A DNA stretch of 64,000 nucleotides from Oscillospiraceae bacterium (GTDB lineage: Bacteria; Bacillota; Clostridia; Oscillospirales; CAG-272): assembly GCA_015064885.1 (NCBI GenBank), contig SVRJ01000001.1:33945-97944 (forward strand), in the 5' to 3' direction. Positions 20,499 to 30,531 of this stretch are shown one piece after another (the first letter of the stretch is position 1; every line of letters begins with the position of its first letter). Both the position numbers and the translations under genes were made by a program. The notes under the pieces were generated by a model, which was given only the letters and a program-made list of their open reading frames with translations, made no database searches and was not told where the DNA came from.

Positions 20499-20912
20499 TT
20501 ATTTCTTCGGTCTCTTTGCGCCGTATTTAGAACGGCTCTGCTTGCGGTTTGCAACGCCTTGAGCATCAAGTGTTCCGCGGATGATGTGATAACGCACACC
20601 GGGAAGGTCACGTACTCTTCCTCCTCTGATGAGTACAACAGAGTGTTCCTGAAGATTGTGTCCGATACCGGGAATGTAGGTCGTAGCTTCAAGACCGTTT
20701 GTAAGTCTTACTCTTGCTACCTTACGGAGAGCTGAGTTCGGCTTCTTAGGTGTCTTTGTGTAAACCTTTGTGCATACGCCTCTCTTCTGAGGTGCACTAA
20801 GGTCGGTTGCTACGTTCTCCAAGGTGTTGAAGCCCTTCTGAAGTACGGGCGACTTGGATTTGTAAACCTTATCACTGCGTCCCTGTCTAACAAGCTGGTT
20901 AAAGGTTGGCAT
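20499..20912 (-). CDS. rpsL: 30S ribosomal protein S12 (with the Firmicute-type internal insertion)
   Basis: [12 protein letters not shown]...[19 protein letters not shown]...[14 protein letters not shown]. Confidence 0.97.
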   Translation of the reverse strand: MPTFNQLVRQGRSDKVYKSKSPVLQKGFNTLENVATDLSAPQKRGVCTKVYTKTPKKPNSALRKVARVRLTNGLEATTYIPGIGHNLQEHSVVLIRGGRVRDLPGVRYHIIRGTLDAQGVANRKQSRSKYGAKRPKK

Positions 20913-21018
20913 TTCGTTCCTCCTTCTTTAGTATTTGAGTTTATATCGGAACAAAAGCGGTACACTTTATTCCGATCTGTATGAAACATCGCGGCCATAG
21001 TCCACGACATTACATCAT

Positions 21019-21047
21019 ATTATATCATTTTCAAGTCGTTTTGTCAA
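21019..21047 (-). promoter_or_regulatory. Promoter of the rpsL-rpsG-fusA-tuf operon (TTGACA-17-TGaTATAAT)
   Basis: The reverse strand reads ctcTTGACAaaacgacttgaaaatgaTATAATatg. Confidence 0.55.
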
Positions 21048-21120
21048 GAGGATATTTAAATGTTGTGAAATTTCTCTGTATTGCACTTTTGAGGTCGACA
21101 AGCATTGTTTTTTTTGTGCA

Positions 21121-21165
21121 TTTTAACAACAAACCGGAGGTCTGCCGTATTCGGCAGATCTCCGG
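21121..21165 (-). terminator. Intrinsic terminator after rpoC
   Basis: CCGGAGATCTGCCGaataCGGCAGACCTCCGG followed by UUUGUUGUU on the minus strand. Confidence 0.7.
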
Positions 21166-21172
21166 TAAAGTG

Positions 21173-24100
21173 TTATGAATAATCGTCGGCAAAATAGTGA
21201 TTATTCTGCTTTTCGATATCGATGTTATGGTAGCAACCCATACCCGTACCTGCGGGAATGAGCTTACCGATAAGGACGTTCTCCTTAAGACCGACAAGGT
21301 GGTCGACCTTACCCTTGATAGCAGCCTCTGCAAGGACCTTCGTTGTTTCCTGGAAGGATGCAGCAGAGAGGAAGGAGGTCGTCTGGAGAGCCGCCTTGGT
21401 AATACCGAGGAGTACTACAGAGGCTTCGGGAAGAACAAGACCGATCTCACCGGCATTTATTCTTTCCTGGATGGATTCCTCAACGCTCATAAACTCAATC
21501 ATATCAACTACAGAGCCGAGGAGGAAGTCGGAGGAACCGACCTTTTCGATTCTGACCTTTCTCGTCATCTGACGAGCGATGATCTCGATATGCTTATCGT
21601 TAACGTTAACCGACTGAGAACGGTATACCTTCTGGATCTCCTTGGTGATATAATCGTATACTGCGTCGAGACCGAGTATTCTCATGATATCCGAAGGAGC
21701 CTTGTTACCTTCCGTAAGTCCCATGCCGAGTTCAACGTGCTGACCGTCGGTAACGTTGAGACGAGTTCCGTAAGGAACTACTATCTTGATGTGTTCTCCG
21801 CCGTCGTCGGGAACTATCGTAAGCTCGTGAACGTTGTTTTCGCCAAGCTCGACGTAAACGCGTCCCGCCTTTTCCGCCATGATAGACGTCTTCTTGGGAG
21901 TTCTTGCTTCAAAGAGCTCTTCAACTCTGGGAAGACCCTGCGTGATATCAGATCCTGCGACACCACCCGAGTGGAAGGTACGCATCGTAAGCTGTGTACC
22001 GGGCTCACCGATAGACTGAGCTGCGATAACACCGACTGCTTCACCGATATTGACAGGCTTGCCGGAAGCAAGGTCTGCACCGTAGCAGTGAGCGCATATA
22101 CCGTGCTTGGAGCGGCAATTGTAAATTGTTCTGATATATACCTTTTCGATGCCTGCGGCAGTGATCTGATCGACCATTTCTTCTGTAAGCATCGTGTTTC
22201 TGGGAACGAGGATATTTCCTTCTGCGTCCTTAACGTCACCGTCCTCACAGTTAGCGGTATATCTGCCTACGAGTCTGTCCTTAAGAGGTTCAACGACATC
22301 GTTGCCTTCGACTACAGCGCTTATCCAAGCACCCTTTGTGGTATGGCAATCGTCGTCTCTTACTATAACGTCCTGAGATACGTCTACGAGACGTCTTGTA
22401 AGGTAACCCGAGTCTGCGGTACGAAGAGCAGTATCCGAAAGAGACTTACGGGAACCACGCGCACCGAGGAAGTACTCGAGAATATTAAGTCCTTCACGGA
22501 AGTTTGACTTAATGGGAAGCTCCATTGTACGTCCGTTTGTCGCAAACATAAGTCCACGCATACCTGCGAGCTGACGCATCTGAGCGATAGATCCACGGGC
22601 ACCCGAGTCAGACATGATCTTGATCGGGTTATACTCGTCAAAGCTCTTCTGAAGTGCATCCGTAACCTGGTTCGTGGTCTCGTTCCAGATCTTGATAACG
22701 CTATTGTATCTTTCATCCTCAGCAAGGAGACCCTGTGCATAAAGATCGGCAATCTCTTCTACAGCGTCCTCGGCCTCTTTAATGAGAGCCTTCTTTTCCT
22801 GAGGAATGGTCATGTCGTAAACCGAGATGGAGATAGAAGCTCTTGTGGAGTACTTGTATCCCATTTCCTTGATATCGTCAAGAACTCTTGCCGTAACCGC
22901 GGAGCCGTGATACTTGATACATCTGTCAACTATCTGACCGAGCTGCTTCTTCTTTGTAACGAATTCGATCTCAAGGTCGAACATTGTTTCGGGATTGCTT
23001 CTGTCAACGAATCCGAGGTCCTGAGGAATAGCCTTATTGAATATAAGACGTCCGAGGGTAGCCGTTATAAGCTTGGATTTTTCAACACCGTCAACGACCT
23101 TGGTGTTTATAACCTTGATAGGAGCATGGAGACCGAGCATTCCGTTCTCATAAGCGAGGTTAGCCTCGTTGAAGTCACGGAATACCATTCCCTCGCCCTT
23201 TTCTCCCGCCTTATCCATCGTAAGGTAGTAGGAACCGAGTATCATATCCTGAGAAGGAACCGCAACCGCACGTCCGTCAACCGGCTTGAGAAGGTTGTTT
23301 GCGGAGAGCATAAGGAATCTCGCCTCAGCCTGAGCCTCTGCGGAAAGCGGAACGTGTACGGGCATCTGGTCACCGTCAAAGTCCGCGTTGAACGCCGTAC
23401 ATACGAGCGGGTGAAGCTTGATAGCTCTTCCCTCTACGAGAACGGGTTCGAATGCCTGAATAGAAAGTCTGTGAAGCGTAGGAGCACGGTTAAGAAGAAC
23501 GGGATGTTCCTTGATAACGTTTTCGAGTGCGTCCCAAACCTCGGGCTCTGTTCTGTCTATCTTCTTCTGAGCTTCTCTTACGTTGGTAGACTTCTGCATT
23601 TCAACGAGTCTCTTGATTACGAAGGGCTTAAAGAGCTCAAGCGCCATTTCGCGAGGGAGACCGCACTGATATATCTTAAGGTTAGGACCAACGACGATAA
23701 CAGAACGTCCGGAGTAGTCGACACGCTTACCGAGAAGGTTCTGACGGAAACGGCCCTGCTTACCTCTGAGCATCTCGGAGAGAGACTTGAGAGGTCTGTT
23801 GGAGGGTCCCGTAACCGGCTTACCTCTGCGTCCGTTATCAATAAGAGCGTCAACAGCCTCCTGGAGCATACGCTTTTCGTTTCTTATAACGATATCGGGC
23901 GTACGGATCTCCATGAGCTTCTTGAGTCTGTTGTTTCTGCTGATAACTCTTCTGTAGAGCTCATTGAGGTCACTCGATGCGAATCTTCCGCCGTCGAGCT
24001 GAGTCATCGGACGAATATCGGGAGGAAGCACGGGAACTACGTCAAGTATCATCCATTCAAGCTTGTTGCCCGATTTTCTGAACGACTCGATTATCTCAAG

Positions 24101-24742
24101 TCTCTTTATCATTTTCGTTTTAGTCTGAGTATTGAGCTTTCCCTCGGTCTTATCGTGAAGCTTTTCCTTGAGCTCTGCAGATACCGCGTCAACGTCGATA
24201 TCCATAAGGAGCTCCTTTATAGCCTCAGCACCCATTCCGACTCTGAAGTCATCCTCGTATTCCTCGCGGAGCTTCTGGTATTCGGACTCGGAAAGGACCT
24301 GTCCCTTCTTAAGAGGTGTGCTTCCGGGATCGAGCACCACGTTCTCTGCAAAGTAGAGTACCTGCTCGAGCTGCTTCGGAGACATATCAAGAACAAGAGC
24401 CATTCTTGAGGGTATAGCCTTGAAGTACCAGATGTGAGAAACGGGGCAAGCGAGCTCGATATGACCCATTCTCTCTCTACGTACTTTTTTCTTTGTTACT
24501 TCAACACCGCACTTGTCACATATAATACGCTCATTTGTCTTTGCGTTCTTATATTTACCGCAAGCGCACTGATAGTCCTTAGTGGGACCAAAGATCTTCT
24601 CGCAGAAGAGTCCGTTCGGTTCGGGCTTAAGCGAGCGGTAGTTTATGGTTTCCGGCTTTTCAACTACACCGTAAGACCACTCTCTCATCATTTCGGGAGA
24701 TGCCAGACCTATTTTTATAGAATTAAAGTTTATGTGTTCCAA
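21173..24742 (-). CDS. rpoC: DNA-directed RNA polymerase subunit beta'
   Basis: Zinc-binding CACGKY...CDKCGVEV and the catalytic NADFDGDQM motif; 1189 aa. Confidence 0.98.
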   Translation of the reverse strand: MEHINFNSIKIGLASPEMMREWSYGVVEKPETINYRSLKPEPNGLFCEKIFGPTKDYQCACGKYKNAKTNERIICDKCGVEVTKKKVRRERMGHIELACPVSHIWYFKAIPSRMALVLDMSPKQLEQVLYFAENVVLDPGSTPLKKGQVLSESEYQKLREEYEDDFRVGMGAEAIKELLMDIDVDAVSAELKEKLHDKTEGKLNTQTKTKMIKRLEIIESFRKSGNKLEWMILDVVPVLPPDIRPMTQLDGGRFASSDLNELYRRVISRNNRLKKLMEIRTPDIVIRNEKRMLQEAVDALIDNGRRGKPVTGPSNRPLKSLSEMLRGKQGRFRQNLLGKRVDYSGRSVIVVGPNLKIYQCGLPREMALELFKPFVIKRLVEMQKSTNVREAQKKIDRTEPEVWDALENVIKEHPVLLNRAPTLHRLSIQAFEPVLVEGRAIKLHPLVCTAFNADFDGDQMPVHVPLSAEAQAEARFLMLSANNLLKPVDGRAVAVPSQDMILGSYYLTMDKAGEKGEGMVFRDFNEANLAYENGMLGLHAPIKVINTKVVDGVEKSKLITATLGRLIFNKAIPQDLGFVDRSNPETMFDLEIEFVTKKKQLGQIVDRCIKYHGSAVTARVLDDIKEMGYKYSTRASISISVYDMTIPQEKKALIKEAEDAVEEIADLYAQGLLAEDERYNSVIKIWNETTNQVTDALQKSFDEYNPIKIMSDSGARGSIAQMRQLAGMRGLMFATNGRTMELPIKSNFREGLNILEYFLGARGSRKSLSDTALRTADSGYLTRRLVDVSQDVIVRDDDCHTTKGAWISAVVEGNDVVEPLKDRLVGRYTANCEDGDVKDAEGNILVPRNTMLTEEMVDQITAAGIEKVYIRTIYNCRSKHGICAHCYGADLASGKPVNIGEAVGVIAAQSIGEPGTQLTMRTFHSGGVAGSDITQGLPRVEELFEARTPKKTSIMAEKAGRVYVELGENNVHELTIVPDDGGEHIKIVVPYGTRLNVTDGQHVELGMGLTEGNKAPSDIMRILGLDAVYDYITKEIQKVYRSQSVNVNDKHIEIIARQMTRKVRIEKVGSSDFLLGSVVDMIEFMSVEESIQERINAGEIGLVLPEASVVLLGITKAALQTTSFLSAASFQETTKVLAEAAIKGKVDHLVGLKENVLIGKLIPAGTGMGCYHNIDIEKQNNHYFADDYS

Positions 24743-24763
24743 TTCTGTTTCCCCTTCTTTATA

Positions 24764-27700
24764 TCAGTTATTATCGTAGTCATCGAGTCCGTTTTCGTCT
24801 TCGTCTTCGTAGCTGTCGTCAACGTCTTCTCCGTCTGTGAAGTAGTTCTCGTCGAGCTCCTCGTCCTCTGTCATATTGCCTTCGCTGTCAACGATATGGA
24901 ATTCGTCGCGGCGGAACTTGATATCTTCCTCTTCGTCTGCGTCTTCTTCAACCGCACTTCTTGTCTTCTGAGTATGGTATGCGGGAGCGGAATCTTCATT
25001 GAGGAGGTAGAGGTTGATAGGATCTCCGTTATCGTCGAGGACCTTGATATCAAGACCGAGGGAACGGAATTCCTGAGTAAGAACTCTGAATGATTCGGGA
25101 ACACCCGGAGTGGGAATGTTCTGACCCTTGATGATAGCTTCATAAGCCTTGCGGCGTCCGACCGTATCGTCACTCTTGACCGTAAGTATTTCCTGAAGAG
25201 TATACGCTGCACCGTAAGCCTCGAGAGCCCAAACCTCCATTTCTCCGAAACGCTGACCGCCGAACTGAGCTTTACCTCCGAGAGGCTGCTGAGTTATGAG
25301 CGAGTAAGGACCGAAGGAACGTGCATGGATCTTATCGTCAACGAGGTGATGGAGCTTGAGGTAATACATGATACCTACGGTTACGGGGTTATCAAACGGC
25401 TCACCCGTTCTTCCGTCGTAAAGGATAGTCTTACCGTCAATGACCTTTGTCTTCATGGTGCCGGTCTTGGGATCGTATTCTTCAAAGGTCGTCTTACCCG
25501 CAACGTTTTCACCGGGCATGATATCTCTGTAGATCTTAGCCTCCTTAAGGCATTCAACGATATCGCTTTCGTTAGCGCCGTCGAATACGGGAGTCATGAT
25601 CTTCCATCCGAGCTTTCTTGCCGCGATTCCGAGGTGGACCTCAAGAACCTGTCCGATGTTCATACGCGAAGGAACGCCGAGGGGGTTAAGAACGATGTCA
25701 AGCGGTGTACCGTCTGCAAGGAAGGGCATATCCTCGGGAGGAAGAATTCTCGAAACGACACCCTTATTTCCGTGACGTCCGGCCATCTTATCACCGACCG
25801 AGATTTTTCTCTTCTGAGCGACGTAAACGTGAACGGCTTTAATTACACCCGCAGGGAGGTCATCGCCGTTAGCCTGAGAAAATGAGCGTACAGCGACTAC
25901 GATACCCGATTCACCGTGAGGAAGTCTGAGTGACGTATCACGTGTTTCACGTGCCTTTTCACCGAAGATCGCGCGGAGAAGTCTTTCTTCAGCCGTAGGT
26001 TCGGGATCGCCCTTGGGAGTGATCTTACCTACGAGAATGTCGCCTGCGTGTACCTCGGTACCAACCATAATGACACCGTCGTTAAGATGCTTTGTAGCGT
26101 CTGCGGCTACGTTGGGGATCTCTGAGGTTATTTCTTCAGAGCCAAGCTTTGTCTCTCTTGCCTCGTGTGTATATACCTCTATATGGAGAGACGTATAAAC
26201 GTCATCTCTTACAAGTCTTTCATTAAGGAGTACGGCGTCCTCGTAGTTATAGCCTTCCCACGTCATGAAGCCGATGAGAGCGTTCTTACCGAGAGAAACC
26301 TCGCCGCGGCTTGTTGCGGGACCGTCTGCAATTACCTGACCTGCTTCAACTCTGTCGCCCTTGTAAACGAGAGGTCTCTGGTTAAAGCACGTACCCTGGT
26401 TCGTTCTCTTGAACTTGAGAAGATCGTAAACATCCTTTCTTCCCTCATCGGTAAGAACGACTATCTTCTTGGATTCAACGTAATCAACTACACCCGCGTT
26501 CTTTGCAACCACAACGACACCCGAGTCAACGGCAGCCTTATGCTCCATACCTGTACCTACTATAGGCGAGTCTGTCATCATAAGCGGAACTGCCTGCTTC
26601 TGCATGTTTGCACCCATAAGTGCACGCGAGTTATCGTCGTTTTCAAGGAAGGGGATCATTGCCGTAGCAACGGATACGACCATCTTAGGCGAAACGTCCA
26701 TAAAGTCTACCGTATCAACGTCCACCTCGATAATATCCATCTTATCACGTGCAACTACTCTCTTGTTAATGAAGCATCCGTTTTCGTCAAGAGGCTCGTT
26801 ACCCTGAGCTATAACGTACTTGTCCTCAACGTCAGCGGTCATATATACGATCTCATCCGTAACTCTGTGAGTTTCCTTGTCTACCTTTCTGTAGGGAGCC
26901 ATAATGAAGCCGTACTTGCTTATCTTAGCATAAGTCGAGAGATAGGAGATAAGACCGATGTTAGGACCTTCGGGAGTCTCTATAGGACACATGCGTCCGT
27001 AATGAGTATAGTGAACGTCACGTACGTCGAAGGATGCTCTGTCACGCGAGATACCACCGGGACCGAGAGCCGAAAGACGGCGCTTGTGTGTAAGCTCTGC
27101 AAGCGGATTGGCCTGGTCCATAAACTGGGAGAGCTGAGAGGATCCGAAGAACTCCCTGATAACTCTCGTTATGGGATGAATGTTTATAAGGCTCTGAGGA
27201 GTGATCCTCTCACTGTCCTGAGTAGCCATACGCTCCTTGATCGTCTTTTCCATTCTGGTAAATCCGATCCTCATCTGATTCTGGAGCTGTTCGCCAACGC
27301 TTCTGATACGTCTGTTTCCGAGGTGGTCGATATCGTCAACAACACCTATATCGTGCGTAAGAGCGAAGAAGTAGTTGAGAGATGCAAAGATATCGTCCTT
27401 TGTAATATAGAGAGGGCAAAGCTCGTTGATTCTCGCCTTACACATCTTCTTTATCTCGTCAACGTCACCCTCGCAAGCCTCCATGATCTCACAGAGTACA
27501 GGGTATTTTACCTTCTCTTCTATTCCGCAGTCCTCAAGAGAGAATCCGAGAACGTATTCGGGCTCAATGGTATTGTTGCCGAAGACCTTAACGATATCAC
27601 CGTTCTCCATTTCGAGATTAACGGTATTTACTGCATTGTTCTGAATATTGAGTGCCTGCTCGTTTGTAAGAACTGTGCCTGCCTCATAGAGGAGCTCACC

Positions 27701-28666
27701 CGTAAGAACGCTGACTACGTCCTCTGCAAGCTTGTGTCCTCTGATACGCTTGCCGAGAGCAAGCTTCTTGTCAAACTTATATCTACCTACGGGCTGGATA
27801 TCATATCTTCTGTGATCGAAGAAGAAGTTATTTATAAGAGTGATAGCTGCATCGACCTGAACGGGCTCACCGGGACGGAGCTTCTTGTATATTTCCTTCA
27901 GGGATTCGATAGCTATACCGTAATGAGATTCAGCGTTATTGTTTTCGCTTTCATCCTTTTCGAGGGTAGCGTCGATTATCGGTTCCTTACCGAAAATATT
28001 ATATATATCTTCTCTTGTCTCGATAGTTGTGCAGATGGTTCCGTCTGCTCTGTCAAGTTCAAGGCCGAGTGCTCTTATAAACATAGTAAGAGGAAGCTTT
28101 CTCGTCTTATCTATACGAACGTAAGCTACTCCGGTACTGTCTGTCTCGTACTCAAGCCATGCGCCTCTGTAAGGAATGACTGTAGCTGCGTAGGTTCTCT
28201 TACCCATTTTATCTATTGCGGAGGAATAATACATACCGGGAGAACGAATGATCTGCGATACTATTACTCTCTCGGCGCCGTTGATAACGAATGTACCCGT
28301 TTCGGTCATAAGCGGGAATTCACCCATAAATATATCGACCTCGGTACGCTCGTCGGTCTGAGTGTTTGTGAGTCTTACTCTGACCTTGAGAGGCGCTGCA
28401 TAGTTAACGTCTCTTTCCTTGCACTCCTCGATGGAATAACGAGGCTTCTGGTCCAAGGAATATGACAGAAATTCAATTTCATAATTTCCCGTATGGTCCT
28501 TGATGGGAGATACGTCTCTGAGGACTTCGTCAAGTCCTACGTCAAGAAACCACTGGAAGGATTTCGTCTGAATCTCAATCAGATTCGGCAATTCAAGTGC
28601 ATTCTTTGTTCTCGAAAAGCTTTTTCTTACATTAAGACCCAGCTTTTGATCTTTTACTCTGATCAT
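24764..28666 (-). CDS. rpoB: DNA-directed RNA polymerase subunit beta, with a ~80-aa highly acidic C-terminal extension
   Basis: Canonical blocks ([51 protein letters not shown]); 1300 aa; the tail ends ...[14 protein letters not shown]. Confidence 0.98.
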   Translation of the reverse strand: MIRVKDQKLGLNVRKSFSRTKNALELPNLIEIQTKSFQWFLDVGLDEVLRDVSPIKDHTGNYEIEFLSYSLDQKPRYSIEECKERDVNYAAPLKVRVRLTNTQTDERTEVDIFMGEFPLMTETGTFVINGAERVIVSQIIRSPGMYYSSAIDKMGKRTYAATVIPYRGAWLEYETDSTGVAYVRIDKTRKLPLTMFIRALGLELDRADGTICTTIETREDIYNIFGKEPIIDATLEKDESENNNAESHYGIAIESLKEIYKKLRPGEPVQVDAAITLINNFFFDHRRYDIQPVGRYKFDKKLALGKRIRGHKLAEDVVSVLTGELLYEAGTVLTNEQALNIQNNAVNTVNLEMENGDIVKVFGNNTIEPEYVLGFSLEDCGIEEKVKYPVLCEIMEACEGDVDEIKKMCKARINELCPLYITKDDIFASLNYFFALTHDIGVVDDIDHLGNRRIRSVGEQLQNQMRIGFTRMEKTIKERMATQDSERITPQSLINIHPITRVIREFFGSSQLSQFMDQANPLAELTHKRRLSALGPGGISRDRASFDVRDVHYTHYGRMCPIETPEGPNIGLISYLSTYAKISKYGFIMAPYRKVDKETHRVTDEIVYMTADVEDKYVIAQGNEPLDENGCFINKRVVARDKMDIIEVDVDTVDFMDVSPKMVVSVATAMIPFLENDDNSRALMGANMQKQAVPLMMTDSPIVGTGMEHKAAVDSGVVVVAKNAGVVDYVESKKIVVLTDEGRKDVYDLLKFKRTNQGTCFNQRPLVYKGDRVEAGQVIADGPATSRGEVSLGKNALIGFMTWEGYNYEDAVLLNERLVRDDVYTSLHIEVYTHEARETKLGSEEITSEIPNVAADATKHLNDGVIMVGTEVHAGDILVGKITPKGDPEPTAEERLLRAIFGEKARETRDTSLRLPHGESGIVVAVRSFSQANGDDLPAGVIKAVHVYVAQKRKISVGDKMAGRHGNKGVVSRILPPEDMPFLADGTPLDIVLNPLGVPSRMNIGQVLEVHLGIAARKLGWKIMTPVFDGANESDIVECLKEAKIYRDIMPGENVAGKTTFEEYDPKTGTMKTKVIDGKTILYDGRTGEPFDNPVTVGIMYYLKLHHLVDDKIHARSFGPYSLITQQPLGGKAQFGGQRFGEMEVWALEAYGAAYTLQEILTVKSDDTVGRRKAYEAIIKGQNIPTPGVPESFRVLTQEFRSLGLDIKVLDDNGDPINLYLLNEDSAPAYHTQKTRSAVEEDADEEEDIKFRRDEFHIVDSEGNMTEDEELDENYFTDGEDVDDSYEDEDENGLDDYDNN

Positions 28667-28822
28667 TTAAACAATCACTCCATTCAATAATTTTGGTGTT
28701 TTTCTTGTTGCACGGCGGTTGTTCGCGTAAAAAGATGTGTAATTTCCCGCGTTGGGGATACTTTTTTTCAAATTGCTGACCTCAAAAACAGACAGAGTTA
28801 GCAATTATAATGGCAGTATAAT

Positions 28823-28851
28823 ATTATAGCACATTGTCTTCGATTTGTCAA
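28823..28851 (-). promoter_or_regulatory. Promoter of rpoBC (TTGACA-17-TGcTATAAT)
   Basis: The reverse strand reads gacTTGACAaatcgaagacaatgtgcTATAATatt, leaving a ~150-nt leader. Confidence 0.55.
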
Positions 28852-28953
28852 GTCTTTTTTTCGATTTTCTTTACTTTTTCTTTGTTTTTTATCCGAATCA
28901 TAAAAAAATATATGAATATTTTCAATTTGTTAAAATCTTTTTTTTAAAACCTC

Positions 28954-28982
28954 TTGCAATTGCATCGAAAATATGGTATGAT
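28954..28982 (+). promoter_or_regulatory. Promoter of rpsT (TTGCAA-17-TGgTATGAT)
   Basis: ctcTTGCAAttgcatcgaaaatatggTATGATata. Confidence 0.5.
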
Positions 28983-29062
28983 ATATAGGTAAATTTGAAA
29001 AGCTCTGCTATGCCCTCTCAGTTAGCGGAGTTATGGATAAATATTTAAGGGAGGTGAAATCT

Positions 29063-29326
29063 ATGCCGAATATCAAGTCTGCAAAGAAGCGTGTTAATGT
29101 TATCGCAACAAAGACACTCAAGAACAAGATGGTTAAGACAAAGATGCGTACAGTTGTTAAGAAATTCGTAGCAGCTGTTCAGAACGGTGATAAGGAAGCT
29201 GCTAAGGCTGCTTACACACTCGCTGTTAAGACTGTTGACCAGGTAGCTGCTAAGGGTATTATCCACAAGAATGCTGCTGCACACAAGAAGAGCCAGTTCA
29301 CAAAGATGCTTAATTCTATGAACTAA
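29063..29326 (+). CDS. rpsT: 30S ribosomal protein S20
   Basis: MPNIKSAKKRVNVIATKTLKNK.... The track start at 29033 is upstream of the SD GGGAGGTG. ATG 29063 has proper spacing and gives 87 aa. Confidence 0.93.
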   Translation: MPNIKSAKKRVNVIATKTLKNKMVKTKMRTVVKKFVAAVQNGDKEAAKAAYTLAVKTVDQVAAKGIIHKNAAAHKKSQFTKMLNSMN

Positions 29327-29343
29327 GCATAAATTATATAAAA

Positions 29344-29380
29344 ATCCCTCGGTCCGCTCACAACCGAGGGATTTTTATTT
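29344..29380 (+). terminator. Intrinsic terminator of rpsT
   Basis: ATCCCTCGGtccgctcacaaCCGAGGGATTTTTATTTT. Confidence 0.7.
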
Positions 29381-29453
29381 TCCGCCGAAGCTTTGATAGT
29401 TGTATACTTTTTAAAAGTAGATTTAACAAAATGTAAATACGTAAAAAAACATC

Positions 29454-29482
29454 TTGAAATCATTCTTGATTTGTGATATAAT
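29454..29482 (+). promoter_or_regulatory. Promoter of tRNA-Val (TTGAAA-17-TGaTATAAT)
   Basis: tcTTGAAAtcattcttgatttgtgaTATAATatg; the -10 ends 10 nt before the mature tRNA 5' end. Confidence 0.6.
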
Positions 29483-29492
29483 ATGCGAGCAC

Positions 29493-29569
29493 GGAGGCAT
29501 AGCTCAGCTGGTTAGAGTACTTGCTTGACATGCAAGGGGTCATTGGTTCGATTCCAATTGTCTCCACCA
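29493..29569 (+). tRNA. tRNA-Val(GAC): tRNA-Val, anticodon GAC, genomically encoded CCA
   Basis: Hand-folded cloverleaf: acceptor GGAGGCA/TGTCTCC, D-arm AGCTCAGCTGGTTAGAGT, anticodon stem CTTGC/GCAAG with loop TTGACAT, T-arm GGTTCGATTCC, then A-CCA. Confidence 0.93.
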
Positions 29570-29571
29570 GA

Positions 29572-29612
29572 AAAAGCACACATTTGTCTACCGGACAAAT
29601 GTGTGCTTTTTT
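29572..29612 (+). terminator. Strong intrinsic terminator after tRNA-Val
   Basis: AGCACACATTTGTCtaccgGACAAATGTGTGCTTTTTT (14-bp perfect stem plus T6). Confidence 0.8.
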
Positions 29613-29617
29613 CAACT

Positions 29618-29796
29618 AAATCCGCCTTCGTCGGAATAAATCCACTATCGTGGATGAAATCTTGCTTCGCAAGGTTAAGGGAGGCGGATTTGATTTCATC
29701 TGAAGCCGAAGGCTGAAGATTTCATCCAAACTCGTTTGGATTTCATCGTGCGTAGCACGATTTCATTAAAGATGCAAGGCTACGGCTTGATTTCTT
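29618..29796 (+). repeat. Array of ~7 short, sequence-distinct ATC...GAT palindromes/hairpins joined by 3-nt linkers (junction motif GAT-TTC-ATC)
   Basis: Hairpins: 29640-29655 ATCCAC/tatc/GTGGAT; 29659-29675 ATCTTGC/ttc/GCAAGGT; 29698-29720 ATCTGAAGCC/gaa/GGCTGAAGAT; 29724-29741 ATCCAAAC/tc/GTTTGGAT; 29745-29761 ATCGTGC/gta/GCACGAT. Degenerate units lie at 29620-29636 and 29772-29791. GATTTCAT occurs at 29692, 29718, 29739 and 29759, with an inverted copy at 29653-29661. Confidence 0.6.
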
Positions 29797-29840
29797 TGTC
29801 AAAGTCCGATATAATAAATGAAAGATAGGAGGTGCCTGTA

Positions 29841-30374
29841 TTGAAGCGCGAAGATGCCTTTTACTATATGAATTTGCTGTTGCTGGGCTTTCGTGACGGC
29901 TACGACGATTGGTTGAATTATTATTTGGAGACAGAATCTCCGTTGAGCGACATTGTGTTAGAACTATCACTATGCGGTTCAGATCTAAACAAAACTGTAT
30001 CCCTTTTACACAATTACTGCGCTGAACAAAAGTTTGACGAGATTGCTTCTCATGATAAATTGCGATTGTTTTTCAAAGACGCCTATCACTCAAATAGGAT
30101 GAGTAAAGAAGAAGTGGTGTCTACTATGTACCGTCTGTCATTGAATATTGGTGACCCCAGAGATTTTGATATCAAATTATGGGGGAGTATGTACTATCTT
30201 GATTATTATTTTAGTTTAGCTGAAGATGGTATAATTCCACGGGAAAATTTTGATTTTGCCTTTTTCTCTTACTTAGATAACGGAACCCCTATTGATACTG
30301 AACTTATTTGGAAAAAACAAAACAAAAGAAAAATATCTCTGATCAATAAAATAAAGAATATGTTTAAAAGGTAA
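29841..30374 (+). CDS. Hypothetical protein, AT-rich orphan with no recognisable domain
   Basis: Open frame with AGGAGG at 29827-29832 and TTG 29841 at 8-nt spacing (the track uses GTG 29832, inside the SD). Promoter-like TTGATT (29787-92)-17-TATAAT (29810-15) lies upstream. Composition and codon use are visibly AT-richer than the flanking genes (by eye). Confidence 0.55.
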   Translation: MKREDAFYYMNLLLLGFRDGYDDWLNYYLETESPLSDIVLELSLCGSDLNKTVSLLHNYCAEQKFDEIASHDKLRLFFKDAYHSNRMSKEEVVSTMYRLSLNIGDPRDFDIKLWGSMYYLDYYFSLAEDGIIPRENFDFAFFSYLDNGTPIDTELIWKKQNKRKISLINKIKNMFKR

Positions 30375-30454
30375 TCAGATCAAAAATCCAACAAAAACAA
30401 ACACCTTTTGTTCGCAATTACCTATATGCAGACACTTCTCTTCCCGCCGCGAAA

Positions 30455-30496
30455 GAAAAATACAACCCGAGCATTTCTGCTCGGGTTGCTTTTTTA
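30455..30496. terminator. Bidirectional intrinsic terminator between the orphan gene and the ABC locus
   Basis: CAACCCGAGCatttctGCTCGGGTTG, flanked by an A-run on the left and a T-run on the right. Confidence 0.75.
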
Positions 30497-30531
30497 TTTT
30501 CAAATGCGATATGCATCTGTTTTTTGTGGTA

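Noticed and set aside
29525-29716. 63-aa ORF starting inside tRNA-Val and running through its terminator and the hairpin array.
   Set aside because: It overlaps a clear tRNA and a 14-bp terminator stem and has no SD. The open frame is best explained by chance.
29618-29796. Possible miniature CRISPR array.
   Set aside because: The conserved unit is only 8-9 nt and the 'spacers' are 11-17 nt and self-complementary. There are no cas genes or leader in the window, so it does not fit CRISPR architecture. It is reported as an unclassified repeat instead.
29493-30500. Integrated mobile element at the tRNA-Val 3' end.
   Set aside because: There is no integrase, recombinase or transposase ORF. Reading the next ~1 kb, I found no direct repeat of the tRNA 3' segment (GGTTCGATTCCAATTGTCTCCA). 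Only compositional oddity remains, and it is reported as a low-confidence islet.
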